Positions 12,381 to 23,929 of a stretch of 64,000 nucleotides of DNA are shown here, piece by piece. Origin of the DNA: Phaeosaccion multiseriatum (taxonomy: Eukaryota > Protista > Ochrophyta, other classes); the NCBI GenBank assembly GCA_965112735.1, contig OZ218964.1:124001-188000 (forward strand), given 5' to 3'. The notes beneath the pieces are model-generated. The model ran no database searches. It was not told where the DNA came from and was given only the letters and a program-made list of their open reading frames with translations. Position 1 is the first letter of the stretch, and each line of letters begins with the position of its first letter. The position numbers and the translations under genes were made by a program.

Positions 12381-13776
12381 GGTTACATCTCGGGCGCTGC
12401 GCCCTCACAGGAGCGAAGGCGAGGGCGAGGGGAGGCGGAGGGGCGATAGGGGGGAAAGGTAAAGGGTTCCATCTGGTGCCATCATGCAGTGCCTCTTTAT
12501 CTCTCTTTTGACTTGGAGACACTTGGTCTCGATCAGCAGTGACGGCACTGCGCTTTTGAAGTTTTGTCATCATTGGTTGTTTGTTATAGCTACACATACA
12601 GTAGGTACACGTTTTTTTAGGCGACAACACACACACACACACACATTGAAGATCAGATAATATTTGTACGTAGTCAGGATTTGTGTGGTGCCGAGGAGGC
12701 GTTTGAATGCCTCCCGGCTCAGCTCGCAACGCCTTCACTCAGCGCTCCCTCCCAGGGCGCTGATGCTTTCTTTCTTCCTTCCTTCTCTCCCTGTCCATCC
12801 GGCTCATCGGGGTACGCAAACAGAGCAAAACGATTCGGCGTTGCCATTCCGACAACCAAACTCATGCTCCCGCTCATACTCCCGCTGTATCACCAACTGC
12901 TGGTGCCGCTGCTGCTGCTGGGGTGTAGAGTCCCAGTCGAGGCGAGGACGTGCCGTCGCGTCCTCTCATCGCGCTCTCCGGCCGTTCCCGGAAGCGGTGG
13001 TCACCTTCGTATCTACTCGTCCTAGGGGGAGGGAGCTCTGCCCATATGACTGCGGAAGGTAAGCACTCCGTGTTGGCGAGCGTGGGAGCACCAACCTCCC
13101 CTCCTCTGCCCCCCAGCCCCAACACTGGGGAACATTGGACTCAACATTGGGCTCCTAGCCTCGTCCGTCCATTGCCAGGCAGGGCCGATCTGAAACTGGA
13201 ACTGAAACTGAGAGTCCCCAGGGGTCCCCTCTTCCCTCCCTCTACTGGACCTAATCCTCTCCTGCGATCTGTGGCGTAGCGAAGCAGGGTGGCGCTCCTA
13301 ACAAACCATCATCCGGCCTTCTTCCCCCGCTCTCGTCGCTCTCATTCTACCTCCTACTGCTCGTCCCACCGTGCCACACCGTTACGTGGCCCTATGCAGC
13401 GTTAACACCCCCCAGAGAGATGTGTGACACCGCAGGAGAGAAAGACAAGTCATGGACTTAATCAACGAGAGGGTGTGGCAGCTCGGTGGACAGCAGTTCC
13501 ATGTCCTCCTCCACGCACCAAACCTCGGGACCTCGACGCCTCCCGAGACAAAGAGACGCCTCTGCGAAGGCTTGCTGTGCTTGCAAGTATAGTAAGGAAA
13601 GAGGCCCACCGTACATCAAGCAGCCCAGGACGACCGACTCCACCCGTTGAGGTGGGCGAACTTCCCGCCCTTCGCCCCGCTCCGTGGTCTTCTTCCTCCG
13701 TTTGCCTTTGTCTTCTTCCTCTTCTTTTGCCCCCTCTTGGGCGTGTGTACCTGCTGCCTGCCGCTCGTTCCCCGCC

Positions 13777-14717
13777 TCACTTGTTCCACACGAGCAGTAA
13801 GGGCTCGTCGTGGTGGCAGGGCTTGAAGTCATAGTACACAATGGTCTCCATCGCGGGCTGGTCCACAGTGCTCCCCTTGATACCGTACTCGGCGAGGGTC
13901 TTCATCTCGTCCATCAATTCGTTGCTCTCCGTAAAGCGTCCGCTGCACAGCACCAGGTCCTCGATGCGGCCGTGCCGGTCCCTTGTACCACGAGGGGAGA
14001 GGGGAGGGATGAGGTTGAGCTTGGCACGAGAAAGTAACTTGAGCACTTGGATGAGGGCAGGGAGGGCAAGAAGAAGGCTGGATGCCCTTTTGGAGGTAGT
14101 AATAAACTAAGGAGGAAAAAAAGGACGCCCCCCTTGCGATCATCACATGGCATCCCCACCCAACTTACTGCAGCTTCTTCTTTAGGGTGAACACGTGCGT
14201 GTTGGTCCGCACACGCATCTTCGTGTCCATGAAGCGCCAGTTCAGCAGCTGATGGAGGAGAGACGCACATGGACTGGGCTGGTGAGAAAGGCGGTGGGCG
14301 GGGAGGAACCTCCCTCTGGCCTTCTGACCTGCTAGGCTGCAGCTTACCTTGAGGTCAAGGGTGACCCACTCATTTGTGTCTGGGAGGAGTACGGTGGGCT
14401 TCTGGAACTCTGCGTTTGGGTCCACCTGGAACGCACGCGTGGGTGTGGCGAGGAAAGGGGAGAAGCAGGAGGATACAAGTTCAAATACCACAGAGCCACG
14501 GGTAAAAGCGCAAGCGAGGCTGTGCCATTGATGATATCGAACGCACGAATAGGCCCGCCTAAGACTGTGTTCTCTATTGTTGGTAGTCTCCTCTCCTCTC
14601 CCCTCCGTCTCGCAGGAAGCCACCCTCGGTGAAACTTTTCTGTGTCCTCACCTTCCCCTCGGCCGCTGCATCTTCTCCTCCCCCACCGCCCTTTTTCGCT
14701 CCCTTCTTTTTCCCCAT
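13777..14717 (-). CDS. Small (142 aa) ubiquitin-like-fold protein with Lys-rich N-terminus, 4 exons
   Basis: Exons 14717-14652, 14425-14348, 14248-14169, 13981-13777 total 429 nt in frame: MGKKKGAKKG...WVTLDLKLLNWRFMD...TNTHVFTLKKKLQDRHGRIEDLVL...DEMKTLAEYGIKG...YYDFKP. The 'LKxKL' and 'KTLAEYGI' pattern suggests a beta-grasp fold. Confidence 0.8.
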
Positions 14718-14812
14718 TCCTTTCCCCTTATTGATGCCCTATTGCTGTCTGCTGATGCTCTATGGCGCTGTACTCCCTGCCTCGCTGTCACGATTGTCAC
14801 CACAGTTACAAA
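14718..14812. promoter_or_regulatory. Probable compact bidirectional promoter
   Basis: Only 95 bp between the inferred ATGs of two divergent spliced genes. Confidence 0.55.
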
Positions 14813-16836
14813 ATGTCCGACGGCGGGCAAGACCAGAGAGAACTGCTGCGCTCCGGAAGGGTAAGGAAGAAAGAGTATTGTGGAGAGGCGTGGAGAAGAC
14901 AAGAAGGGCCCCTCTTCTGCCCCCCCCCTCTTCCTCAGGAAGAGAACGGCCCCTTAGCCCCCTGATCCTTTCCTACGCAGCAACAACTGGGAATTGGTTT
15001 TAGCCTGGGCCCACGGGTCCAGGAAGACCGGAGAGGGAAATGAATGGAGGCGCAGAGCCCAGCAATGAAGAGCTGGCTAGCGGAGTCCGGTCGCTCCTAA
15101 CCGATCGCCCTCTGAACGAGCTGAGGTGAGAGAAGAAGTCGCGATGAGGGAAATAGAGAAGAAGGCGAGCTTCGAGAAGGAGTGGAGGGAGGGAGCAAGG
15201 TAGAGAACGAAAGACTCAGCTTCCAATCCCGCCCCTCCTCGCTCCTCTCTCCACTCCCCCCCCTCCTTCATGTACCCAGCTATGACAAGGTCCACCAGTT
15301 TCTACGCGCCCGCTTCGTACGACCACTCCGCGGTGAGTAAGGAGAAGGCCTAGAGAGTGAAGCAAGTGCTTTGCAAGTCTCAAGGGCGTTGGTCTTACAT
15401 CCGCATCTCTAACTCCCTCTCCGTCTGCCGTGTTCCACCCTACCGCCTTTGTCTCGCTACTCCCCCCCTTGGTCACCCATCTTTCAGGCCAAGAGGGCCT
15501 CGTACGCCAGGAGGTCGACGCACAACTGGCGTGGCAAATATATGACCAAATCAAGGACCTCGTCGCCCACAAGGCCACCGTTATGCCTCCCAAGAAGCTG
15601 CTGCTTGATACAGGCGCTGTGTGCCCAGGAGGAGCGGACTCATTGTTTGGGGGAGAGGCAGCAACGGCGGCGTTGTTGAGGGAAGTGGTGACGGGAGGAC
15701 AGGTAGCGGGGCTTCTTGCTGCTGACGGCTTTGGTGGCGGCATCGGAACAAGAAGAAGTGAGATGGATATGATGTCGATGATAGCTCCGATATCGGGCTC
15801 CAGCTCACCTCCACGGCACCATTCTTTGGTCCGACAGCGTCCAGACGACGGCAGAGACACAAGTAGTCACGGCCGTAGCAGCAGCAGCAGCGGCGCGCCG
15901 TCCTTTTCGCATAGACAAGGCCACACACATGCCCGCGGAGTGAGCGTGGGCTCAGTCGGTTCTGGCACCGGCATTGAGCCGGTGCTACTGCGGGCGGGGA
16001 CGAACACCAAGCTGGACTGGGAGAGTGGTGAGAACGGTGGAGTGGGGGACGGAGGGCCTGGTCACGGCTTGACGAGTGGACACCGGAGAGGGAGCAGCAC
16101 CGGAAGAGGAGCACTATCCGGTGCTACACCCTTGAATGACGTGATTGCGCAGCGGGTGAGAGAGCTGCAGCGGACGGTGAGAGATGGGGACGAGGCCAAC
16201 CTCTCTCCGTGGGTGTCTGATGTCTTGTGTCTAGGCGGCAGCAGCATGAGCCACCGAGGAGGAGAGGGGGGGGCGGGCCTGAAGAGCTCGGGGGGAGGAG
16301 GAGAGGGGGGAGTGGACGAGGACCTTTGCTGCATCACCGACGGGAAGAGAAGCACATTCTGGACCACAACGGGTCTCTTGCCTCAAAGCCTGTGCTGTCA
16401 GTTCGATGCCGCGGTGTGGATCAAGCGACTGGTGATTGAGAGCTCGGGTGTGCAGAAGCTCGGCTACCGATGTACGCCCGCAAGACTGGGCCCGCAAGAC
16501 AGCAGATCCGACTTGTCGTATGGGCTTGGGGAAGGCGAGGAGGGGGATGAGGAGGAGACAGAGACAGACGAGGAGGCGAGGAGGCGGCGAAGGGCAAGTG
16601 GGGGCAGCAGGAGGAGGAGCGGGGGTGCGGCAGGGGCAGCACAGTGGCGTGAGTTGAGTGTAGTGGAGGTGCCGCACGCCGTGAGTGGGTGCGTGCAGTT
16701 GACCACGGTCGAGCTGGAGGCACCGCCGGCCGCGAGTGTGGAGTTGACTGTGCTGGAGGGCTACGCTGACTTTGTTGTCATTTACAACGTTAGCTTCAAG
16801 GGCTTTCTCTTGGTAGAGCAGCAGGAACAAACATGA
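14813..16836 (+). CDS. About 522 aa protein with a C-terminal IFT25/HSPB11-like galactose-binding-like domain
   Basis: Exons 14813-14860, 15081-15199, 15280-15332, 15488-16836 join in frame. ITDGKRSTFWTTTGLLPQ...IKRLVIES...LTVLEGYADFVVIYNVSFKG matches the IFT25 signature (IDGxxxTFWTTTGxFPQ...DF.SVH.V..EG). Confidence 0.75.
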
Positions 16837-17066
16837 CGTGATGGGGGCAGTCGGTCGTATCCTTCCGTGACTTCCACTTCTTCGGCGACGCACTCGAGGA
16901 AGAGAAATGAATTGTAGAAACAAGGAATATGGGAGGAGGACGAGCAAAGCCTGAGGGCTTCGGGGCTTCAACCAGCGTGTGTGTATTTACAATTACATGT
17001 GGAGTGGAAAGCCACTCGAATCGCTTATGTGATGTATAAGATAGTTCACAGCTCTAGCCGCAGCCC

Positions 17067-18796
17067 TCATCGCCTACTCGTGCCTCCGTACCCGCTCCTC
17101 ATCGTGCCTCCCCCTCCCCCTCCCCCTCCTCCTCCTCCACCTCCTCCTCCTCCCGACGATCTTCGCGCCCGAGAGGTGCCGATGCCGGTCCCTGTGCTCC
17201 TCCCCCACCCCCGTCCTCCTACCGCCGCCGTACCGGTCGCGGTTGGCGCTCTCGGGACTCTGTTTCTTTGGCCACTCCCGAGCAGGTACGTCAGCCCCGA
17301 CCCTAAACCCCCGCCAGCCATCATACCCGTCCAAAAGCCTGGCGCAGCCGCCGCTCCAGCAGCAGCCCCTGCAGGCCGCACCGGTGGCGGTGTGGGCAAA
17401 GCGCTGCTCGTGGTCCTTGCCCCGCAGCTCGGTGACGAGGAGGTGGCAGTAGGGATGGCCCCCCAGTTCGCGCTCCCTGCCCCAAGACCGCCCCCTCCTC
17501 CTCCTCCTCCTCCTCCTCCATATCCGCCACCTCCCCCTCCATATCCTCCCCCACCTCGGAACTCTTGCCCCGATGCCCCCCCCCGTCCCTCCCTCCCGGC
17601 CTTGAAGATCATCTCATAGACCATCCACCCCACGGCCCCGATGAGAAGAAGGACTCCCCAGGAGTTACCCCTCGATGTGGCTACCTCACCACCGCCACCG
17701 CCGCCGCCCCTGCCAATCGCCGCTCGGGGAGCACTCAGAGAGAAGGCCAGCCCGCATGAGTTCCTGCGTCCGAGGAAAAGGGCACACCAAAGAGAGAGAG
17801 AGGGAGAGAGAGAGTATGTGTGAGTGTGAGAAAAACAGAGAGAGGGGAGAGAGGAGAGAGTGTACAATACAGGCCAAAACGGGTTGTACACTACACGCTT
17901 CATTCGCATAGCTCACACGACAAGCTCGCTCCAAGCAGGCTATTTGTGTGTCCGAAAGGGGGCGTGAAAGCCGCTACGCATTCACCATTACTCTCACCTC
18001 AAAATGTAGGGGTCGTCTAAGGGGGGCGTGGGGCGGGGTACCGCGATGGGAAGAGAGCAGAGGATGGAGCAGCGATGAGAGGAGGAGCAAACAGAGGGCC
18101 GGAGAGGGGCGGACAGCACAGATCCCATAATCTTCCCTAGATGTCCACTGCGCTGTAAATACTGCTTACCTGCGTAGGCGTATCCTTCACAGCCCACGTC
18201 GATCCTCTGAAAGCGGTACCCGTCGGGAAGAGACGCCTCGCACTTCCATTGTGCGTCGTATCCGTCCGTCCCCATGTTATAGCACTGCAGCAGTAGGTGG
18301 TACACAAACAAGAGGGAGCGGTATGTGTTAGGCGGCGGCAGCAGCAGCAGCAGCAGGAGCCTCTCTCCCCTATTACTCCACGTTCAGCGGGGAGGGAGGC
18401 CCTTCTCTCAATCACAGAAGCAAAAGCCACGACTTGCGATTTGGTTCCGCTCGTCGTCCTCTGCTGTCCAGCTCCTCTACTGCGCCCCTCGCTCCGCTAC
18501 AGCGTCGAGCTGCTCCTCTCTGTTCATGACGTACCTGAACGTTGTCGGGGAAGAAGTCCTTGCACCCGCCCACGCAATCCAGCTGCGGTACAGCCGCACT
18601 CCTCCTCCCGGCGGTCATCTTTCCCCTGCACCGAGGGCGTGAATGAGAAGGGAGGGGTGTGATTGAGTGAGGGAGTCAGTCATGGAAGAAAAAAAAGAGT
18701 AGGCTGGATCATGGCTTGCAGGCAACCTGAGCTGGCTTACTTTTCCAAGGAGATGACTTTGATGTCCTCCAGCCGAGCGCGATCGGAAGGTGCCAT
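17067..18796 (-). CDS. SARAF: SARAF/TMEM66 (store-operated calcium entry-associated regulatory factor) homolog, 5 exons
   Basis: LEDIKVISL..GKMTAGRRSAAVPQLDCVGG..VQCYNMGTDGYDAQWKCEASLP..VGCEGYAYADDPYILRNSCGL; TM segment; PGFWTG; C-terminal SGYGGTSRR. Exons 18796-18741, 18625-18535, 18283-18170, 18016-17998, 17763-17067. Confidence 0.92.
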
Positions 18797-19097
18797 GGCG
18801 TCTCTTCAACTTCCCCCTCTTGCTTCCGCGTTTCTCCTTAGAAAACGGGATGTGGAGCGATATTGATGCGGCCACTACAGCGTATTGTAAGCCAGTGTAG
18901 AATGTAGAGGGGGAGAGAGGTTCTGCCCCGTGTAAGCAGCAGACGCACTCTGGGCTGAAATGAAATCGAGACTCGGTCGATCTCGAGCCTCTCGATTTTC
19001 ATTGATCATTGACATATTCTTGGAAGCATGGGCGACAGGATCGCGACAGAGAGAATGGCCGCGTTGTAGAGGGCCCACGCCCATACGCGAAGCTGCT

Positions 19098-21176
19098 ATG
19101 AGGCACAAGCTGAGCCGTCTCCCTCATCACAGGAAGGGAAAGAAGGAGGGCCGCGTGATCAGCAGGAGGGAGGTGTTATTCGCTGCGGGCGTGCTGCTCC
19201 TTGGGTCCTTCGCAACACTGGTCGTTGGCTTGTCCCTTGCTGCCGCTGCATCGAGGAAATCCGGCGGAGGAGAGGTCGGTGGCCGAGGGAGAGGAGGGGT
19301 GGAAAGCAGCAGCAGAGATGCAATCGCCACCATGCGTGTGGAGGGCCCCTCTGTTTGGGACAACCTGCACGCGTGCTCGCCTCGGACATTCAGTACATAC
19401 GTGTGCAGAGAAGCCTACAAGGGCCCTCGCTCGGAAGACTGGCTGCGTGGAAAGACCACGTGCTCCTTCCCCACAGATCCTCTCGATGTCGTGTTTGGCG
19501 TTTGGCACAGCCTCAACACGGAGCACCGACTGGAGCCCATGCTCGATACGTGGGGACAACGCACCAACATTGTGTTGCTAGCGAGCAGCGTCGGCCTGGC
19601 GCAGACCACTCTCTTTGGCCCCGGCCAACGCCTGGCGAGCAAGTTTGGGGGGGGTGACGGGAAGAACGGCACACTGCTGCTGATGGACACGGGTGTAGAG
19701 CAAGACGACTACTTCAGCACGCTGGGCAAAGGATTACTTGGGCTGCGGAACATGCTCACACGCTTCCCCGACAAGAAGTGGTTTGTGGTGCTCGGAGACG
19801 ACAACTACCTCGTCCTTGAGAACTACCTGTCCATCCTCAGCGCCTTTGACCCCGAGGAGGAGTGGACTCTGAGCCACACCGTATACCGCAACAAGTTCGG
19901 CTGCAAGGTGGCAGGAGGCAGCGGCATTGCCACCAGCCGGGCCATGACGGAGCTGCTCTCTCCGCAGCTGGAGCCCCACTTCACAGAGGTCCTGGACCGG
20001 ACGGGGGGCGACGTGCGCAAGGCCAAGGAGGCGGACAAGTTTCACGATATCTCCTTCCAGACCCTCGTGGAAGACAAGCTCGGCAAGACGGTGGTGCATG
20101 TGCAGGAGTTCTTGCACCTTCCCCCAGGGGCCTTCTTCGACCCCCAGTACCACGCCGACTTTAAGCTACCGGCCACGAAGCCGGCGGTGTTCCACTATGT
20201 CACGGGGTCCTACATGGCCTACCTGGATTTTGCCACCACTCGCGTCTGTGTCTGTCAGGGCAGCAAAGAAGGAGGAGGAGGAGGAGGAGGAGACAGCAAC
20301 TACTCCCCCCTCCTCTTTGGCCAGAGAGGTATCGCTGGTGCTGGTGCTGCTGCCGGCGGCGCGGGGGAAGGGGGGTTGGCGGTGGGCGTGTACGGCGCCA
20401 AGGGAAGGAGGACCGACACGCTGGACTTGCGCCGTATTTCCAACACGTGGGGTAAGAACTGGGGCAAAAGGGGCGGAGTTCAGCAGCTCGTTCCGCGCAG
20501 CAGCGGAGCACCAGGCTCACCCAGCAGGTGGGCCTCGATGCTGCGGGACTTGCGGGATGGGGAGGCGACGAGAGGGGCGGCTTGGTTCCTTTTGGTGGAT
20601 GTGTCGCACTATGTGGTCAAGGAGAACGTGCTCGCACGCGCTTTTGACTTTGGTGGTGGCTCAGAAGAGGACAAGCAAGTGCTCTTGGTGGGGCCGGCTG
20701 GGGATAGGGGCGACATGCTCCTGTCGAGGGCCCTGCTTGACGCTATGTTGCTGCGATCTGCCATGTTCGGACCCGGAGGGCTGGAGGATCAGGCGGGCGG
20801 CTCTGCTGTAGCAGTTGGTGATACAGCAGCGGCCGACCTCGCGTCGCAGAGGACCAACACGTCCCCTTTTGAGGGCCTCCTCAAGGCCGTGGAGGCGTGG
20901 GCTCCCTCCGCCCTGGTGCTTTCAGATGCCGGCCTCATGGACACGATACTGCTGCCTCAGGGAGCACCACAAGAAGAAGAAGAAGAAGGAGGAGGAGGAG
21001 GAGGAGGAGGGGGTGACACTATCTGTGCAATGACATTCCCCATGGTGCCCGATCTGGGAGATCTCAAGTCTGAGTTTGTGTACACGGAGGGGAATGGGGT
21101 CATGGCAGTGACGCACTTTCTGCTCGAAGAGAGCACGAAGAGACAGTGCTCCGTTACCCGGAGGCACCGCACTTGA
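19098..21176 (+). CDS. Fringe-like GT31 glycosyltransferase, type II membrane, single exon, second degenerate GT-A repeat
   Basis: N-terminal anchor VLFAAGVLLLGSFATLVVGL; LDTWG..., KWFVVLGDDNYLVLENY..LSAFDP, GGSGIATSRAM, DISF; second repeat ISNTWG...WFLLVDVSHYVVKENV...MLLSRALL. Confidence 0.8.
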   Translation: MRHKLSRLPHHRKGKKEGRVISRREVLFAAGVLLLGSFATLVVGLSLAAAASRKSGGGEVGGRGRGGVESSSRDAIATMRVEGPSVWDNLHACSPRTFSTYVCREAYKGPRSEDWLRGKTTCSFPTDPLDVVFGVWHSLNTEHRLEPMLDTWGQRTNIVLLASSVGLAQTTLFGPGQRLASKFGGGDGKNGTLLLMDTGVEQDDYFSTLGKGLLGLRNMLTRFPDKKWFVVLGDDNYLVLENYLSILSAFDPEEEWTLSHTVYRNKFGCKVAGGSGIATSRAMTELLSPQLEPHFTEVLDRTGGDVRKAKEADKFHDISFQTLVEDKLGKTVVHVQEFLHLPPGAFFDPQYHADFKLPATKPAVFHYVTGSYMAYLDFATTRVCVCQGSKEGGGGGGGDSNYSPLLFGQRGIAGAGAAAGGAGEGGLAVGVYGAKGRRTDTLDLRRISNTWGKNWGKRGGVQQLVPRSSGAPGSPSRWASMLRDLRDGEATRGAAWFLLVDVSHYVVKENVLARAFDFGGGSEEDKQVLLVGPAGDRGDMLLSRALLDAMLLRSAMFGPGGLEDQAGGSAVAVGDTAAADLASQRTNTSPFEGLLKAVEAWAPSALVLSDAGLMDTILLPQGAPQEEEEEGGGGGGGGGDTICAMTFPMVPDLGDLKSEFVYTEGNGVMAVTHFLLEESTKRQCSVTRRHRT

Positions 21177-22189
21177 CTACGGCGTCGAGGGCAGGCAGGC
21201 CAGAGAGAGCCACGGGGCGTTCGCGTACAGTCTGTAGTCTCAAGTCTGTGAGCGCCAGGACAGTCCCCAAGTGGGATCGATATTCGGCGGAGAGCTTGCT
21301 ATTGGCTTCACCTACCCACGGCAAGCGCCTCGATCAGGGTCAGGGTTTCCCATTCGACGTGGCCCTGTGCGATGCGGGCCAGGACTACCCTGACCTCGGA
21401 GTTCGAGCCTTGAAGGGGGGCGGATAGAGGGCGGAGTCAGCTTCTCTGAGAATGCAGAGGGCGACCCGAAGGAGAATTCTCAGGACCGAGATAAGAGAGC
21501 TGCTGAGCAGAGGGAAGGAAAGCCGAAGAACAGCAAGCCCTCCTTGTTCCTCGTGCGGGTCCCTGGCGCCGTGTGTGTAAGGAGAGAGCTAAGCGACTCC
21601 TTCCACTCCTTCCTGTGGGGCTGTGCGGCTGTTGCCAAGCCTGTCCGTTGCCGTGGACTGTGGCAGAAGAGGGCACGGCCCAAAGCAGAGGCAGCTTCAG
21701 CGACATTCGCTTGTGCCACGGGCCTCGCGCCCCAAGCGGGAGACCTACCCAGGGAGGCGCCGGGGGGACGTGCTCGAGGGAGTGGGTTGGAGCAGGAGGG
21801 GGAGTAGCCGCAGTAACAGTTGTGGCAGAGCAGCAGCAGCCCACAGCTGATAAGGGTCCAAAAGATGTACCGCTGCCAAGCAGAGGTTGCAGCAAGAGCA
21901 CCAACTGGCGCGATTCCATTCGAGTAGGGTTTGCCTTGGGGTGATAGGCAGGCACACGAACGGCAGCGTGGACAGGGTGAAGTAAAAGAGATAGGGGTGT
22001 GTGTATGTTCCGTTCAGTTCAGGGTAAAGTTATGCAAATGACGACGACATCATCGAATGTCCAACACGCCCCCTCATTCTCTCTATTATAGCTATTATGC
22101 TATTATATAGTTATTCAATCATTCTCTCTCTCTCTTCCCTATAGCTTTATCACTCCCCCGTTTATATACAGTATTACGATTGCCCCTCA

Positions 22190-23623
22190 ATGGCTAGCTC
22201 GAGGGAAGGCCAGGATGACGAGCAGCAGAAAATTTATGACGCGTATAACCGGGGCGCATCCGGTCGCAGACGCGGTCTCGGTCTTGGTGGAAGTGGTGGG
22301 TCGAAAAAGGGGGGCAGCAGTAGAACAATGGTGGGAAGCATGGTTTTTCAAAGAGCGAGCGACCAGGAAGGAGGAGGAGGAGGAGGCGGAGGCGGAGGAG
22401 CAGCAGCAGCGGTGAAGAGTAGCAGAGAATTGGAGGATCGTGGTGATCGTCATGAGACAAGAAGAAGCCGAAGCCGGAGTAGCCACAGGAGAGAGAAGAA
22501 CAGAAAAGAAGACAGGCTAGAAACGAGACGCAGGCGCAGTAGGAGCAGGAGCAGGAGCAGGGAGAGGCGGAGAAAGCGAGACCGAGAGGAGGGCAGGCGA
22601 AGACATGGGAGCAACAAGAGGAGCAGGAGTAGGAGCAATGACGGCGAGTATCGGTCGAGGAAGGACCCCAGTAGTTTGAGTGACAGGCGGGGAAGGACGC
22701 ACAGAAGTAGAAGCAGGAGCCGGAGCCGAAGTGGGAGGAGGCGGCGACATGAGAAGGAGCAGGAGGGGCCATTGGCGTCCGCAGCCAAGGAGAAGAAGGA
22801 GCAACAAAAGGACCGTCCCGCTGAGACTGCAGCGGAGCGGCTCAAGAGGAAAGTGAAGGAGCGGCTCCAGCAACAGACCCGCGAGGAAGGGCGAGAAGAG
22901 GAAAGGGATGGCAGCGCCAATGGCGTTGTGGGCAGGGCCAAGGCTACCAAGAATGCCAACGTAGGGGGGTGGGAGAATGCCCGAATGACAGACGCGGGCA
23001 GCTTCTTCAAGCAAGACGAGTACGCAGCAGTGGGGCACAGCGCTGGGGTGGCGAAGGAGGTCGAGGAGAGGGCGGCAGCAATCGCCGCGATTGATGCGGA
23101 GCGCACCGTCAACCTCGAAGCGACGATTCGAGACACTCTAGAGAGGCAGGAGACGCGGAGGAAGGCGGCGGCGGAGGGCAGGGCAGGGCGGGAAGCAGAG
23201 GACCTCCGGCATCAGGATGCCATCTTCGCCCCCTTTGGCGCGTCAGAGGGGGGGCGGAGAACGACAGAAGCGGAAGAGAAGAAGGAGGATGGAGCTCAGC
23301 AAGAGCAGGAGCAGCAGCAGCAGCAGCACAAGAATCGCCGGGAGAGGAGGAGAGAGGAAGAGGCGGAGGAAGAGGCCGAGAGGCGGGAGAGAGAGAGGAC
23401 GCACCAGAAAGAGGAGGAAGCAGCCGATGCTGTGCCTCTATTCAAGAGGCTCAAGGTTGGCGACTGGGTGGATGCACAGGTGGAGGACGGAGCGCCGTAC
23501 TACACGGCCAGGATCCTGTCCACCACACACGCGGGCTACGCTATCGCTACGTACAAAGTCGAGTTTGAGGACTTCGAGACCATGCAGCTGTCCTGGCGAC
23601 GGCTTCGGAGGCACTCTGGTTGA
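22190..23623 (+). CDS. RS-repeat/coiled-coil protein with C-terminal Tudor-like domain (probable splicing-associated factor)
   Basis: 477 aa ORF with RSRSRS tracts; C-terminal LKVGDWVDAQVEDGAPYYTARIL...YKVEFEDFETMQLSWRRLR is Tudor-like. Confidence 0.75.
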   Translation: MASSREGQDDEQQKIYDAYNRGASGRRRGLGLGGSGGSKKGGSSRTMVGSMVFQRASDQEGGGGGGGGGGAAAAVKSSRELEDRGDRHETRRSRSRSSHRREKNRKEDRLETRRRRSRSRSRSRERRRKRDREEGRRRHGSNKRSRSRSNDGEYRSRKDPSSLSDRRGRTHRSRSRSRSRSGRRRRHEKEQEGPLASAAKEKKEQQKDRPAETAAERLKRKVKERLQQQTREEGREEERDGSANGVVGRAKATKNANVGGWENARMTDAGSFFKQDEYAAVGHSAGVAKEVEERAAAIAAIDAERTVNLEATIRDTLERQETRRKAAAEGRAGREAEDLRHQDAIFAPFGASEGGRRTTEAEEKKEDGAQQEQEQQQQQHKNRRERRREEEAEEEAERRERERTHQKEEEAADAVPLFKRLKVGDWVDAQVEDGAPYYTARILSTTHAGYAIATYKVEFEDFETMQLSWRRLRRHSG

Positions 23624-23929
23624 TAGACGACAAGGAGACGACTACATGAGTAATTTGTTATGTATAAAAACGTAAAATCTCAAAACCTCCTCTTTGTTGG
23701 GGCCGATCCTGTCAATGATGGAGCACCATCAGTTGGTACTCCGGCTGTCGCCATTTGCACCTCGTGGACTGGGCGCGGCCCCCCAGCCACCTCTTTCTCT
23801 TTCGGTTCTCTTGTCTCCATCCATCTGAGCATCCCTGTCTTGTGGGATCTTGACTAATTCTAAGAGAGGTCTTGGGTGGGCAGGGAGGAGAGGGGCCAAA
23901 GCAAAGGGAGAGTGAAGGGGGCGAGCACG

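Noticed and set aside
12265-12386. Interstitial telomeric repeat
   Set aside because: GGGTAA/GGTAA words are not TTAGGG or TTTAGGG arrays and belong to a 34-bp minisatellite.
21349-21420. tRNA gene
   Set aside because: B-box-like GTTCGAGCC and a partial acceptor stem are present, but D and anticodon arms do not form a canonical cloverleaf.
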